Source of the DNA: Octopus sinensis
Taxonomy: Eukaryota
Assembly (NCBI RefSeq): GCF_006345805.1
Contig: NC_043012.1
Location: 12,834,001-12,898,000, forward strand
Direction: 5' to 3'
DNA: 64,000 nucleotides
Made by a program: the position numbers and the translations under genes. Below the pieces are notes generated by a model. It ran no database searches. It was not told the origin of the DNA and saw only the letters and a list, made by a program, of their open reading frames with translations. Below are positions 40,671 to 53,499 of this stretch, piece by piece. The stretch's first letter is position 1, and each line of letters starts with the position of its first letter.

Positions 40671-40968
40671 GATATTCAAAGTCAATAATATATAAAGTTT
40701 TAGATTACTTTTTCATTAAAGTCCTTACTTCAAAAACTGTGTAGAATATAAGCAGTATAAAAAATACCATTTCTTCTGGTGCATATTTTGATTTGTTATT
40801 TGTGTCTTTTATACTTCTTCAACTTCCATAGGGATTCGACTTCAGAATTCTTATTCATAGTTGAATTATCAGGAATAAGACACTCCATTGTGTATGACAT
40901 ACAAAAACGATAAGACTTTGATAACTTTATTCAATGTTGCTTTTGCACATCTCTTCAATTAGCTGTTA

Positions 40969-41056
40969 CAGTCTTTAGGCATTTTATGTTAGAGAATATC
41001 CATTCACAAAGGCGCCAGAGCAAAAAGAATATTCTGCTAGTTTATATATCTTGTAA
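40969..41056 (+). repeat. 88-bp perfect direct repeat, copy 1
   Basis: Identical to 44215-44302. Confidence 0.95.
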
Positions 41057-41914
41057 GCGTCTATTAAGCGTCTATTCTTTAGGCTCCAGCGATATCTGAA
41101 ATCGATGTCATATTTCTTGACGCAGAGGCGCTATCTATGAACTAAGGAAAGGACAAACTCTTCTACCATGTTACATCACTAATACATATACACATACATG
41201 GTTTACATTCGCGTCGCTTTGGTGAAAGAGGGTTCAACAACATACGATCAGATCTATACCTGCCCTAAGTCTGTTGAAAAAGACTCACTCTGATTTTTTC
41301 TGAAGCTCAATGCTTAATAATTCTTCTAATCGTCTAATCGCCCCTATCGCTTCTCTTCCTATCGCAAATAAAATTATGAGTAAAGGATGATGGTATTGCT
41401 GCGAGTATCTTGGCATTTATTATTATAGGGGGCACGGCTCGTGCTGAGCCAGTCTCACTCTCTCGTCCTGAAAACTTTTACTGGTCTGGTTTCAAAACTG
41501 TCATAAGCCTACTTGTTATTATGATGCAGAACATGTCTAGATAATTTTCTCTTATATGAGATGCTAAAGAGCTCGAGAGGCTCATCTGCCCCTGTCCTTT
41601 AGGGTGCATGTGAGTAATCATCTTCTGGACATAATGATTACCCATAGATGGAGTCCTAAGAGATCCCACTCTATTAGTTCAAAGCCGATTTGGGATCAGT
41701 TGTCACAAAAATGTGCTATCACTTTTCTCAATACGCTGAAACACACAAACCAGGGCCTCACTGCTAGATACATATTAACGTTATATCCAGGACCAATATT
41801 GATACATAAACATACACAAACATACAGAGACATATGAATACATATACATATGTATATACACATATATGTAAGCACACACTAACACACACACACACACGCA
41901 CACACATATGCATA

Positions 41915-42055
41915 TGCAACGAGCTTCTTTCAGTTTCCGTCTACTAAATCCAATTACACGGTTTTGGACGGCCCGAGGCTATAAGTAGAAGACAATTGCA
42001 CAATTGAACACGGTTAGGAATCAAGCTTCGTACTCTACAGCCACGCTTGCAACTT
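41915..42055 (-). mobile_element. SINE family B head, diverged
   Basis: cgagcttctttcagtttccgtctactaaatcc...ggcccgaggctata. Confidence 0.7.
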
Positions 42056-42137
<82 letters not shown>

Positions 42138-42167
42138 GAAAGAATGGAGTCGAACGACGATTTAACA

Positions 42168-42272
42168 AAATTCCTTTATTCTCGACATATGTTTCGAAGA
42201 CTGCATATTCTTAATTCCGAAGGAATAAAGGGTGCATTATGCCGTCTTCTCATCAGGAAAGACAAGGAATTT
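42168..42272 (-). ncRNA. Type I hammerhead ribozyme, complete
   Basis: Minus strand: tttc-CTGATGA-gaagac...gtcttc-GAAA-catatg-TC-gaga. Stem I continues past an internal loop (aaattcctt/aaggaattt). Palindromic stem III. Predicted cut 42184/42183. Confidence 0.9.
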
Positions 42273-42346
42273 ATGTCAGCATCATGACGTTATATCCAGG
42301 ACCAATATTGATACATAAACATATATATATATATATATATATATAT

Positions 42347-42389
<43 letters not shown>

Positions 42390-42393
<4 letters not shown>

Positions 42394-43795
42394 CAACGAA
42401 AAATTGTAAAAATGCAGAATGCTGAAATGAAAGAAAATTTTAATGAAATGAGAAATTGATAAAATATATAATATATATTTATTCAAACCGGTTTTCGTCA
42501 TTGTATGACTTGTCAAGAATATTTAGGTTAAAAAGTTTTTTAAAAATTAGAAAGGGGAAAAAAGAAAATTGCATTGTTTTTTGCAAAAGAATAATAATAA
42601 ATATGTACAAAAATAAGTACTCCGATACATTGTGAGTTCGTTGTGTATCTTGAGTTTAATGATTGTTCACGAAAAAATTACCTTGAGGTATTAGTATCCA
42701 ATGGGATTAAAAGCATGAACTTCTCCTTTTCCTCCGAGAACCTTATCTACGTTCTCACATGTGCTGGTTGCCAACATAATTATGTTGGACAAACGAGTCT
42801 CCCGTTACGTAAACGAGTAGCGGTGCATAAAGAACAAATAAATCTCCCGGAATACCGACAAATTCCACTGAGTGACCACATAGGCTCATGCGCTAAAGAC
42901 TTAAACCCCAAATTCTATATATTCCCCTTCTACCAATGTAAAGACGGGATCACCACACAGGAGAGAATTAACAAGGAAAATGTCTTTATTGAAAAATTTC
43001 AAACACAACTTAATATGCAAACTCCTCGTTGATCAAACTTCCTTTTTCTACCTCATTCTTCATGGATGGACTAACTCAAATATATAAGGATACCATGCAT
43101 TCATCACTTCAAGCTAAAACTTATATTCTTTAAATATCATTTTTACTATTGTTGTTATTACTTTCATTTTTATTATATATGATATAACAATCTGAAATGC
43201 AATTGTCTATGCAAATTTATATAATTAGAAAATAATATAAATAAAGTGTTAAAATCTGAAAGTTAAGTTAACAAACAATTATATAAGAAAGATAATGCAA
43301 ATGAAGCTAAAATGATAATTTTATAATTTGGGGTTTATTAACAGCCTTTATTGAAGAACTCAAAAGAGTTGTCTCCCCTTATTCACAACACAGGAACTGA
43401 AGAACCACAATTACTACTACTTCCTGTTTTGCCAACATCCTTAATTAAACCAAACAACACATGCTCTTAATCCCATTGGATCCTAATACCTCAAGGTAAT
43501 TTTTTCTTGAACAATCATTAAACTCAAGATTCACAACGAACTCACAATGTATCGGAGTACTTATTTTTTAATTTTTGTACATATTTATTATTATTCTTTT
43601 GCAAAAAACAATGCAATTTTCTTTTTTCCCCTTTCTAATTTTTAAAAAACTTTTTAACCTAAATATTCTTGCCAAGTCATACAATGACGAAGCCGGTTTG
43701 AATAAATATATATTTATATATTTTATCAATTTCTCATTTCATTAAAATTTTCTTTCATTCGAGCATTCTGCATTTTTACAATTTGTTCTTGCTTA
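42390..43795 (+). mobile_element. 5'-truncated Penelope-like element with ~330-bp inverted terminal arms
   Basis: 42390-42717 is the reverse complement of 43460-43795 with few mismatches. The arms enclose a GIY-YIG frame. Confidence 0.85.
42718..43032 (+). pseudogene. PLE GIY-YIG endonuclease domain (truncated ORF)
   Basis: NLIYVLTCAGCQHNYVGQTSLPLRKRVAVH...R...E..FI. The first ~25 codons of the listed ORF come from the inverted arm. Confidence 0.85.
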
Positions 43796-44214
43796 TCATT
43801 TCTCCACGTTCGGTCAACACAACCCCACCATTTATTGATCTATATATATATATATAAATTTACTCATATACATTTGAATATAAAAGGCAACAACTATGTA
43901 GGCGTCACTGTCAGCCTAGTTTTCGTTTATAATTCACCTTTGGTGACTGTAATATCCCCATTATTTTGTTGCAAGCATTCGAACCCGCTGTCCACCTTGA
44001 AGAATTTTCGATCCATCTTTCAAATTAATCTGAATGTACCTGCATAGAAACAAAACAAATAAATAAAATAACACATCTATGATCAATTCGAGGCTGTTAA
44101 CGGAAATCTATGCCTAAACGAAGAAGAACAGGGCTATTTCGAATCAAAATTATTATTCGCACATTTACATACATATACATATATTCACATGGAGAGTCAA
44201 ATTGAATTCTAGCT

Positions 44215-44302
44215 CAGTCTTTAGGCATTTTATGTTAGAGAATATCCATTCACAAAGGCGCCAGAGCAAAAAGAATATTCTGCTAGTTTATATATCTTGT
44301 AA
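44215..44302 (+). repeat. 88-bp perfect direct repeat, copy 2
   Basis: Identical to 40969-41056. Confidence 0.95.
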
Positions 44303-44689
44303 AAACGGAAGGGCAAATCGAACTCAGCATCGAAATTAGACAAGAGGATTTGTTATGATGATACATGTCATTATTTTTAAATGCGGTTGCAAACGTTTCA
44401 ATATAACATGCATTACATAATTGCTAGTTTTTCGATTACGTTCTCTAAAGACACAAGTCAAAATTGAAACTCGTAACGGCTGTGCTCAGCATATTTCGCA
44501 AATAAAATACATTCCGGAGCAAATTACATACTTTGAATTAATTTATTGCAATATGTATCTTATGAAATTCAAAAGACCTCCAAACGTAAAACTAATAAAA
44601 TCTCAAATTAATAATCAATCAACAAAAAAAAAACACATCTTCAATAACAACGATGACGACCATAAAAATAATAATATTAATAATAAGAA

Positions 44690-44742
44690 GATTAAGAATA
44701 ATAATAATAAGAAGAAGAAGACTAAGAAGTAGAAGAGAAGAA

Positions 44743-44774
<32 letters not shown>

Positions 44775-44920
44775 AGAGGAAGAAGAAGAAGAGAAGAAGA
44801 GAAGAAAGAAGAAGAAGAAGAAGAAGAAGAAGAAGAAGAAGAGAGAAGAAGAAGAAGAGGAAGAAGAAGAAGAAGAGAAAAGAAGAAGAAGAAGAAGAAG
44901 AAGGAGGAGAAAAAGAAAAT
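44690..44920. repeat. (AAT)n/(AGA)n purine-rich repeat
   Basis: Direct inspection. Confidence 0.95.
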
Positions 44921-45438
44921 ATATTAACGTTAAGTTATCGAATACTTTGTAGCCTTGAGTAAAATAACATCATGTATTATCAATATAATAGCATACAAAA
45001 TTGCTCACTCATCAGAAAGACGAACAAATACAAAAGAGAACGAGCGAAGAAATATGATTAAAATTTGTTGTCATATTTTTGAATACATGTATATTAGCTG
45101 CTATGATAGTATTTTCTTTTTCTTTTTTTAAGTTATTCTCCTCTGTACACATCCATTGATTTTGTTTGTCGTTCACGCTACATACGGATAAGGATGCTGC
45201 AAATTTAATTGATATTGCATAAGGCAAAATGTGAACAATTAATACCAGTTACTCATGAATAATCACATACAAATGCGCATGCATTTGTATGAATATATAT
45301 ATTATATATATATAATATATCTTATATATATATATATATTATAATATATCTAATATATAATATATATATATATACATATATCTATATACATATATACATA
45401 TATATATGTGTATGTATATATATAATATATATTATATA

Positions 45439-45481
<43 letters not shown>

Positions 45482-45749
45482 AATATATATTTATATATGT
45501 ATATATTATATATATTATACATACACATATATGTGAACATACATACACACAGGAACAGACATGTGTCTTTTTGAGGCATATACTCATTTATTAAAGCTCA
45601 CTTTGTTTCATAAGTCCTATGTATCACTCTCTCATTCACACACACTGTCTCTCTCCCTTTCTTTCTCTATCGAACACTCCCTCTCTATTTATCTGTCTAT
45701 CTATCTAACTATCTATCTATCTATCTATATATATATATATATATGCCTG

Positions 45750-45816
<67 letters not shown>

Positions 45817-45821
45817 GTCTG

Positions 45822-45862
<41 letters not shown>

Positions 45863-46940
45863 ATTTCTACCTACCTACCTACCTACCTACCTACCTACTA
45901 CCTACCTACCTACCTATCTATATAGATAGATAGACAGACAGATAGATATATGTACATAGCATAACCATAACATAAACTCAATTGTTATGATAGATAGGCT
46001 TACTTAGAAGTAATAAAACTTGTAACCGCACAAATCATATATACATATATACACACATATATAGGCAAACATACATATGTGTAGGCAGAATTTATGAATC
46101 AAACAATAAGCATACCACTTTAAATGTATACACCCACACAAGTACGCATAAACAGACGCGCACACATATATGTACTTATGTATATATTTAAGTATGCTAT
46201 ATTTTGGAATTATATTAACTTGTTATAACAAGCTACTTTATTCAGTATCTAAGCATAAATATTCTTCGTATCTTACGTAGTTGCAATATGGAATTTATTC
46301 ATAGCTACATAAATGAGTCTTTGAATATTATCTGCTGATAGTATGTAAACTTTTTGAGATACTACTAGCCATCTGTCTTCAACATAAATAACCATATCGT
46401 GTAGTTAGTATATGTATGTGTGTATGTATGTATGTATGTATGTATGTATGTATGTATGTATGTTATGTATGTATGTATGTATGTATGTATGTATGTATAT
46501 ATATATTTATATATGTATGTCTATATATAAATACATACATATATGTATATATATATATACACACATCCATATATATGTATCTGTGTGTGTGTGTGTGTGT
46601 GTTTGTGTGTGTGTATGGTGTGTGTGTGTGTGTGTGTGTGTGCTACGTCTTGCTTATTCTCTGTTGGAAGTATTTCTATGTTCATAATCCCGATCCCTCT
46701 TCCCCTGAAGTGGAGATATGCAATAAGCTGATTATCTGCAAATGGATACGCGGTAGTTTGGGTGATGTGGAGTGATATATAAATCTTTTAGAATTAAGTG
46801 TATTATCTCTCGACGAATTTTGTGTTTATATATGTATAAGGATAGAAATAGTTTTATTCGTAAACATGCACTATATTTTTATTTCTATACATTTACATAG
46901 AAACTCACACACTCACGCTTACAAACATGCATACGTATGC

Positions 46941-46974
<34 letters not shown>

Positions 46975-47031
46975 AATATAATATATATATGTTATATATA
47001 TACATACATATATATATACATATATACATAC

Positions 47032-47083
<52 letters not shown>

Positions 47084-47174
47084 GGTACACATGTGTATAT
47101 ATGTATATATATATTTACACATATATATGTTATAATATATATTATATATATATCTATATATATATATATATATA

Positions 47175-47295
47175 TTGGCCTGCTCGCTTAGCCAGCGATG
47201 TGGCATCATTCGAAGGCTAAAACAAGGCGAACGCATTGTGACCAGCGATGTGTAACAACATCTGATGGTCTGGTCGGTCACGTGATCACGTTGAT
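47175..47295 (+). mobile_element. Isolated SINE/LINE 3' tail inside (TA)n
   Basis: Matches 38853-38970. Confidence 0.8.
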
Positions 47296-47336
47296 ATATA
47301 TATCTATATATAATATACACATATATATATAATATG

Positions 47337-47374
<38 letters not shown>

Positions 47375-47648
47375 TACATATATAATATATTTACACACAC
47401 ACATATATATATATATACATACATACTTATATATACATATATATATATTTACATACACACATATATATATATATATACATATATTATATAGATATATATC
47501 TATAATATAAATATATATATGTATTTATATATTAGATAACGTACACATATGTATGTATATTATATATATGCATATATATATGTATATATATATATTTAAT
47601 ATATATAATATATATATATATATGCATATGTATATATATATATTTACC

Positions 47649-47697
<49 letters not shown>

Positions 47698-47699
<2 letters not shown>

Positions 47700-47862
47700 T
47701 CTTTACTTTTTTACTCTTTCTTGTTTCAGTCAGTTGACTGTAGCCAGGCTGGAGCACGCCCTTTAGTTGAGCAAATGGACCCCAGGACTTATTCTATCGG
47801 GCCCTTTCGCCGAACTGCCAAGTTACGGGGACGTAAACACACCAGCAACGTTTGTCAAACGA
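47698..47862 (-). mobile_element. SINE family B tail
   Basis: Reverse complement of 61740-61902, with an internal deletion. Confidence 0.8.
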
Positions 47863-48212
47863 TTTGTTTTGCTCCACCTCTGTTCTGTTTTTGTTTTTTT
47901 CCAACGGATTTCCTATTTCTTCCTGAAGAGAAAGACACAATATGGTCTCCTTATTCAATCGGAATTTGGTAAATTGTGGCTTTCGAAACACGTGTAGAAT
48001 GCAATAAAACGATTTCTGTTCAATCTTCGTTCAACTCCATTTCTTCAATTCACTAATAATATTAAAATTCAATTATCCGCACCAACGCATGGTTGCAACA
48101 CCATATGGTTGTACCTCCAACCGTGCTGTCTTCTGCTGTAATTTTTGCTACCAAGGTATCGGTTAAACTTTTGATTAATCTGCAACAAGATTATCCATCT
48201 TTCTATTTCACA
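47860..48212 (+). mobile_element. Hammerhead-bearing non-coding element, copy 2
   Basis: Paralog of 35410-35752. Ends in (TA)n. Confidence 0.8.
47914..48006 (+). ncRNA. Type I hammerhead ribozyme, complete core
   Basis: ttc-CTGAAGA-gaaagacacaat...attgtggctttc-GAAA-cacgtg-TA-gaa. Stem II 11/12 bp, palindromic stem III, short stem I plus tatt/aata. Predicted cut after 47996. Confidence 0.8.
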
Positions 48213-48219
48213 AAATATA

Positions 48220-48273
<54 letters not shown>

Positions 48274-48953
48274 TGTTCATATATACATCCTATGTACATA
48301 CATGTATATATTATTGATGTAGATATACATGTACATATACGAACATATAGAAATGGATATACGCATATATACATTGACTCAATAAAGTGCGCTACACTAG
48401 ATGCCATGCAGGAAAAAATGTCTCCTGAAACTGCTTTGTTGATGACGGAAGCAATAGATGAAGCTTTATTTTTAAAAAATCAACAATATTCCACTAACAT
48501 TTCTTGCTTAGGAAAGTACATTTTTTCATTAGCCCCCCCCCCAAAAAAAAAATTACAAATATGTACACTAGTTTCGTATAGCCTGTGTACATTTACAGCT
48601 CATTAAACGAATGGATTCGCTATGTATTTGGTCAAGAATATTTTCACAACTAAAATGTGAACAGCATGTGAAATAAATCATTAAAAGCAAAGAATTTGTA
48701 TAATTTAATCAAGAATTTATATAATTGAAATAATTCAGTATATATTAAGAATTTCTATAATGAAGTTAGAATGTGAACGATTTCAATGCCGGCCACTAAA
48801 AATGTTTTAGAAAACAAAACTCCTGTAAAGTAGAGGAGTTTTGATAGTCCTTGCGAAGTAGATCTATTACTAGAAAAAAACATGTAGAAGCCTATACACA
48901 ATTAGAGATAAGTAAGAGTAACAATGTGAACCCTTGTTGTTAAAACAATCTTC

Positions 48954-49015
<62 letters not shown>

Positions 49016-49068
49016 CAGTTGTATAAAGTTAAAGCTTTTTCTGGTTTTAAAGTTTTTTTTATATTATG

Positions 49069-49337
49069 GTATTTTGGCAAAATTAGCACTTTCATACATC
49101 ATATTTCAAGTCTGTTCAACTGACTGTTGTGTTCTTGACAACTTTAATACCTCTTAGAACGCTCCGACCAGCTGAATTTGTAGAAAGCCTTCTTGGTGAA
49201 AAGCCTATTATAAAAATTCAGGTGGTTGGAGCGTTCTAAGTGGCACTAAAGTTGTCAAGGACTCAACTGTCAGTGAAACACATTTGAAATCTGATGAATA
49301 CACTATGAAAGCGCTAATTTCGTTGAACAAAAATACG
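49069..49337. mobile_element. Fold-back element with hammerheads in both polarities
   Basis: Arms 49069-49179 and 49214-49337 are inverted repeats. The right arm holds an intact + HHR; the left arm holds its decayed - strand mirror (49080-49109). Confidence 0.8.
49285..49322 (+). ncRNA. Minimal type I hammerhead ribozyme, complete
   Basis: tgaaat-CTGATGA-ata cac tat-GAAA-gcgc-TA-atttcg. Predicted cut after 49316. Confidence 0.85.
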
Positions 49338-49790
49338 TACACATACATACACAGACGCACACACACACACACTTATATATGTAAACACACACGCACACAC
49401 ACAAACATATATATATACACACACACACGCACACAAACATATATGTATATACACACACACACACGTCGCAGATACCTACGCTGAACTATTGAGAACATCT
49501 GCAGTTACCCTATACAGATCACAACTAATTACTTCAAATTGTCAGGACCCTGAGATATGTCATATGCTGCCTGAATACCAATCTTGAGAAATTTAGCTTC
49601 TCGAAACCAGAGAGGAGAAAGGTAATTTGAAGGCTACACATCCAACCTATCACTGTAACTATAAAAATCTGTAAAACTTACCAAACGTTTATCATTTAAA
49701 TGTATATGAGCATATCTAAATATGCAACTATATGCATGAAAATACATATATAAAGCAAAATATACAAATCTTCATATATACATACATACG

Positions 49791-49828
<38 letters not shown>

Positions 49829-50144
49829 TATATATTTTCGCTGATTTCTAGGATTCCCATGACCCTCTGTCGCCATCCAATTCCATTTTTATGAATTTGA
49901 AGTGGGAATTTGAATGGTAGTGAATCTTTCATGAGCTGATTGCTGATTAAACCTTCATGAATATCATACGTATGAATGCGTTACACTTTTCACAGATATC
50001 AAGGATTTATAGAGAAACCGAATTTCGTTATGCATCAATAACATACTACGAAATATATTAAACGTTTTTGCCATCTCTACAGACTTTCGATAGAAATTAT
50101 AGTCAGCCCTGCTTTTCCAATTAACACGGATGAAAAAATGGATA

Positions 50145-50197
50145 AAGTAGTCTACATGCCATATTTCAAGATGTTTTGCTCTTTCATCAGCACTCTT
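50145..50197 (-). ncRNA. Hammerhead with defective stem I
   Basis: aagagtg-CTGATGA-aaga gcaaaaca tctt-GAAA-tatg g catg-TA-gactactt. First stem I pair is a G.G mismatch. Confidence 0.55.
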
Positions 50198-50299
50198 CTT
50201 ACCCATTGATAATCCACTTATAATATCGTTTAATATACTTTGTGGTATATTATTATGGTTGCCTAACAAAAAGCCATGTTCTTACAAGTCGTTAATACC

Positions 50300-50685
50300 A
50301 GTGGAGGCGCAATGGCCCAGTGGTTAGGGCAGCGGACTCGCGGTCGTAGGATCGCGGTTTCGATTCCCAGACCGGGCGTTGTGTGTGTTTATTGAGCGAA
50401 AACACCTAAAGCTCCACGAGGCTAGGGCAGGGGATGGTGGTGATCCCTGCTGTACTCTTTCACCACAACTTTCTCTCACTCTTACTTCCTGTTTCTGTTG
50501 TACCTGTATTTCAAAGGGCCAGCCTTGTCACTCTCTGTGTCACGCTGAATATCCCCGAGAACTACGTTAAGGGTGCACGTGTCTGTGGAGTGCTCAGCCA
50601 CTTACACGTTAATTTCCCGAGCAGGCTGTTCCGTTGATTCGGATCAACGAGAACTCTCATCGTCGTAACCGACGGAGTGCTTCCA
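50300..50685 (+). mobile_element. SINE family D, full length
   Basis: tRNA-like head with A/B boxes, body, and tail ending cgtcgtaaccgacggagtgc. Confidence 0.9.
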
Positions 50686-50800
50686 CCAATACCAGCTTCC
50701 AGGAATGTGCTTAATATGTAAATCGGTATATCCAACAACGTCACACACCTATATGTAGTGGCTATTTATGTAATGTATTCTTGGAGGAATAATAATTTAG

Positions 50801-50850
50801 ATGGGTGCTAATGAAGGAGCGAAAGCTCCCGAAATATGTCATACGCCCAT
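50801..50850 (+). ncRNA. Decayed hammerhead
   Basis: atgggtg-CTAATGA-a-ggagc gaaa gctcc-c-GAAA-tatg-TC-atacgcccat. G5 mutated. Confidence 0.55.
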
Positions 50851-51419
50851 AACTCATATTTTCTATCCTCTATCTCATTGTTCGATACGAACCGTCATAA
50901 CAAAATCAATGGAAAATCTGTAGAGATAACTATAGCAGGTGTCTGTTGCTGGAGCTTAGTGATCCTGCTAATTGAAAGAATGTAATAATTATATTCTTAC
51001 TGTGTATACATTTATCTACATGGATGTGTGGGTGTCTCTCTATCTGCACGCGCGCGTGTGTGCGTGGGTTTGTGCAATGGAGGATAACTACTTGGTTATG
51101 CAGAAGGCAAAGATGAAATTGAAAAGTATGTGCGACATATTTTGAACCTATAAGCCATAAACAGGTCTCACTAGATTGCTACTTCAATATAGCGTATCTA
51201 CTCTAAGAAAAGATGGTACGTAGAGCGTGAGAGAGAAATCATTTTTATATGTCATGATCATTCATGCTTGCTTTTTTATCTTGAAAATATCCCGGTAAAT
51301 ACCGTAAATAACCATCAAGGACATGCGGTTTTTACACAATATTACATGCCTTAATAAACATATATCCATTCAAACGTATGTGATTTTCCTCAGGTTTAGA
51401 AATTGCTATCGACTAATCT

Positions 51420-53310
51420 GAGATTGATTACCAATCACGGGTTTTGATTTTGTTTTGAATAATTATTTATTCGGATGTATTAAACAAGTAATCTATTCTG
51501 CTCGTTATACACTTTGTTTTGAATCTGTATGGCTGTGTTCGTGGATGTTGAGTTGTAGGGCACGTTAAAAGCATATAACAATTATTGATGGTGGGTACTT
51601 CCTGGTAATAAGTGAATCCTTTAGTTCATGTACTCGTGTGTCCCTGGTGCTTTTATTAAAATTTATAATACATATCGTTTTTGCTAGCTTGAAAGGGATA
51701 TTCATTTTAGTGTGTCTGGGATGGCATGAGTTCAACGGTAGATATCGCTTGGAGTTCATGGGCTTATAGCATATATCTGCTTCTATTTAGTTGCTAGATT
51801 TCTTAATGAGGATGTCGAGGAAATGAAGTTATTGATGGCTATATTTCATCGTAAATTGAATGTTTACCTCAAGTCCGTTTATAACAGCTTGAAATTCTTT
51901 AAGTCTCTCTCTACTTTCATGCTAAAGAATGAAACAGTTAACTAGGTACCTCTTCCAGTTATTTTCTATGTAGCGGGAGAATGGGTCACCATAATGTTTT
52001 AGTGCCTTACGATTAAGACTGATTTCTAGATATCCCACGACTAAGTTAGCAAAGGAGGGGACCATTCTCGTACCCATTGCACTCCCCGACTTTTGTCGAA
52101 AGAAGTTGTCTTTGAAAATAAAGTAGTTATTCTCCAACATGAATTTTAGCCCTTTTAATACGAATTATCTTTCATGCAGTGTGGGAGTTCATTGACATAA
52201 TTCTGTTGCCAGAATTGAAATGCATCTATTCCTAGGCTATGGGGGATATTAGCCCAGAGGTTGACTACATCAAAGGATAGTAGTAGGGTGTTTTTGATTT
52301 TTGTTTTAGGGAGGTGGCTGAGCATATCCCGGTCGTCTTCCATTAAGTAGCTTTTGCTATGTTTCAGGAATGGTTTTAAGAGGGTATCTAAAACCTTACT
52401 GAGGCGGTGGGTTTCGCATGCGGGACCTACTATTATATGTCTCAATTTGAGGTCATTGGGAGTAGGGACTTTGATTATTGTGTCTGTGGCTATCCAGCAT
52501 GTGTTACTTATTTTCTCAATTTTGTATATCTTAGGAATACTGTAGAATTGAGAGGATTTACTTTTGAAATTGGTTATATAATCGTATTCCTTGTCAGTGA
52601 GCCCTTCTCTGTATGGTTTTAACATGTATTTTAGGTTTCTCAATATTTACTGCTGACTGCAGTGTTGGATTTTTCATAAAGTGTTGTATCTTGTAATAGG
52701 GATAGTACTAGAGGTGTATAATATACCGTGTCCATTAAGACAGCTGCACTCCCTTTAACAGCCTTTTTGATTGTTATTGTTTTATCATCTTTTCACTTCT
52801 TCGCCTCAGCCCATTCTTTTTCGCTGAAGTTTGTCTTGTGTTTTTGCTTGTGTATACGCTGATATGGATAATTTGAGATGTATTCACAGAAATGGTCAAG
52901 AGATTGTTCATATCATTTGAAGGGATGTAGTTACTTATATTTCGCACTAACGATTCGTCCTCGTTGGATTTGTCGTATAGCTCCTCAGCAAGTCGAAATT
53001 TTTTATAGAATTCCGCAACGTCTTCATTCATTTCGTTGCAGTTGGAGCGTTGGTGTTGGGTGTAAACGTGAGCCATTTGGAGAGTATATTGATTTGGTTT
53101 GCTGTTAGTTCTTTGTGAGTTAGATTGATGATTTTTATCACTTTTCGTTCCTCCTGTCTGTCTGGTGCTATCTGGTGTCTCAGTGTTTGCTTATTGGGTC
53201 TCAAAAATGATTGAACTGATTGGGACGGTAGCTTATATGTAGTTGTTCTTTGCTTCAGGGAACCCTGTTACCATATCACTGATTAGGACATGAGTTTCTG
53301 GAACTAACTG
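51420..53310 (-). mobile_element. Penelope-like element: N-terminus, RT and thumb, pseudogenised
   Basis: KIINLT..ELT, FYKKFRL, KLRHIIVGPACETHRLS, LLSFDVVNL..NIPH, NYFIF...QKSGSAMGTRMVPSFANL, YLPLNSCHPRHTKMNIP. Multiple frameshifts. No endonuclease visible. Confidence 0.9.
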
Positions 53311-53340
53311 TATATGTATATATATCTATATCTATATCTA

Positions 53341-53384
<44 letters not shown>

Positions 53385-53393
53385 ATCTATCTA

Positions 53394-53497
<104 letters not shown>

Positions 53498-53499
53498 CA

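Noticed and set aside
48401-48515. Protein-like frame AMQEKMSPETALLMTEAIDEALFLK with AG/GT borders
   Set aside because: Weak polypyrimidine tract and weak donor (GTACAT), and no homology recognised. Needs RNA-seq.
49964-50269. 101-aa non-repetitive minus-strand ORF
   Set aside because: No recognisable domain and it overlaps a hammerhead motif; likely incidental.
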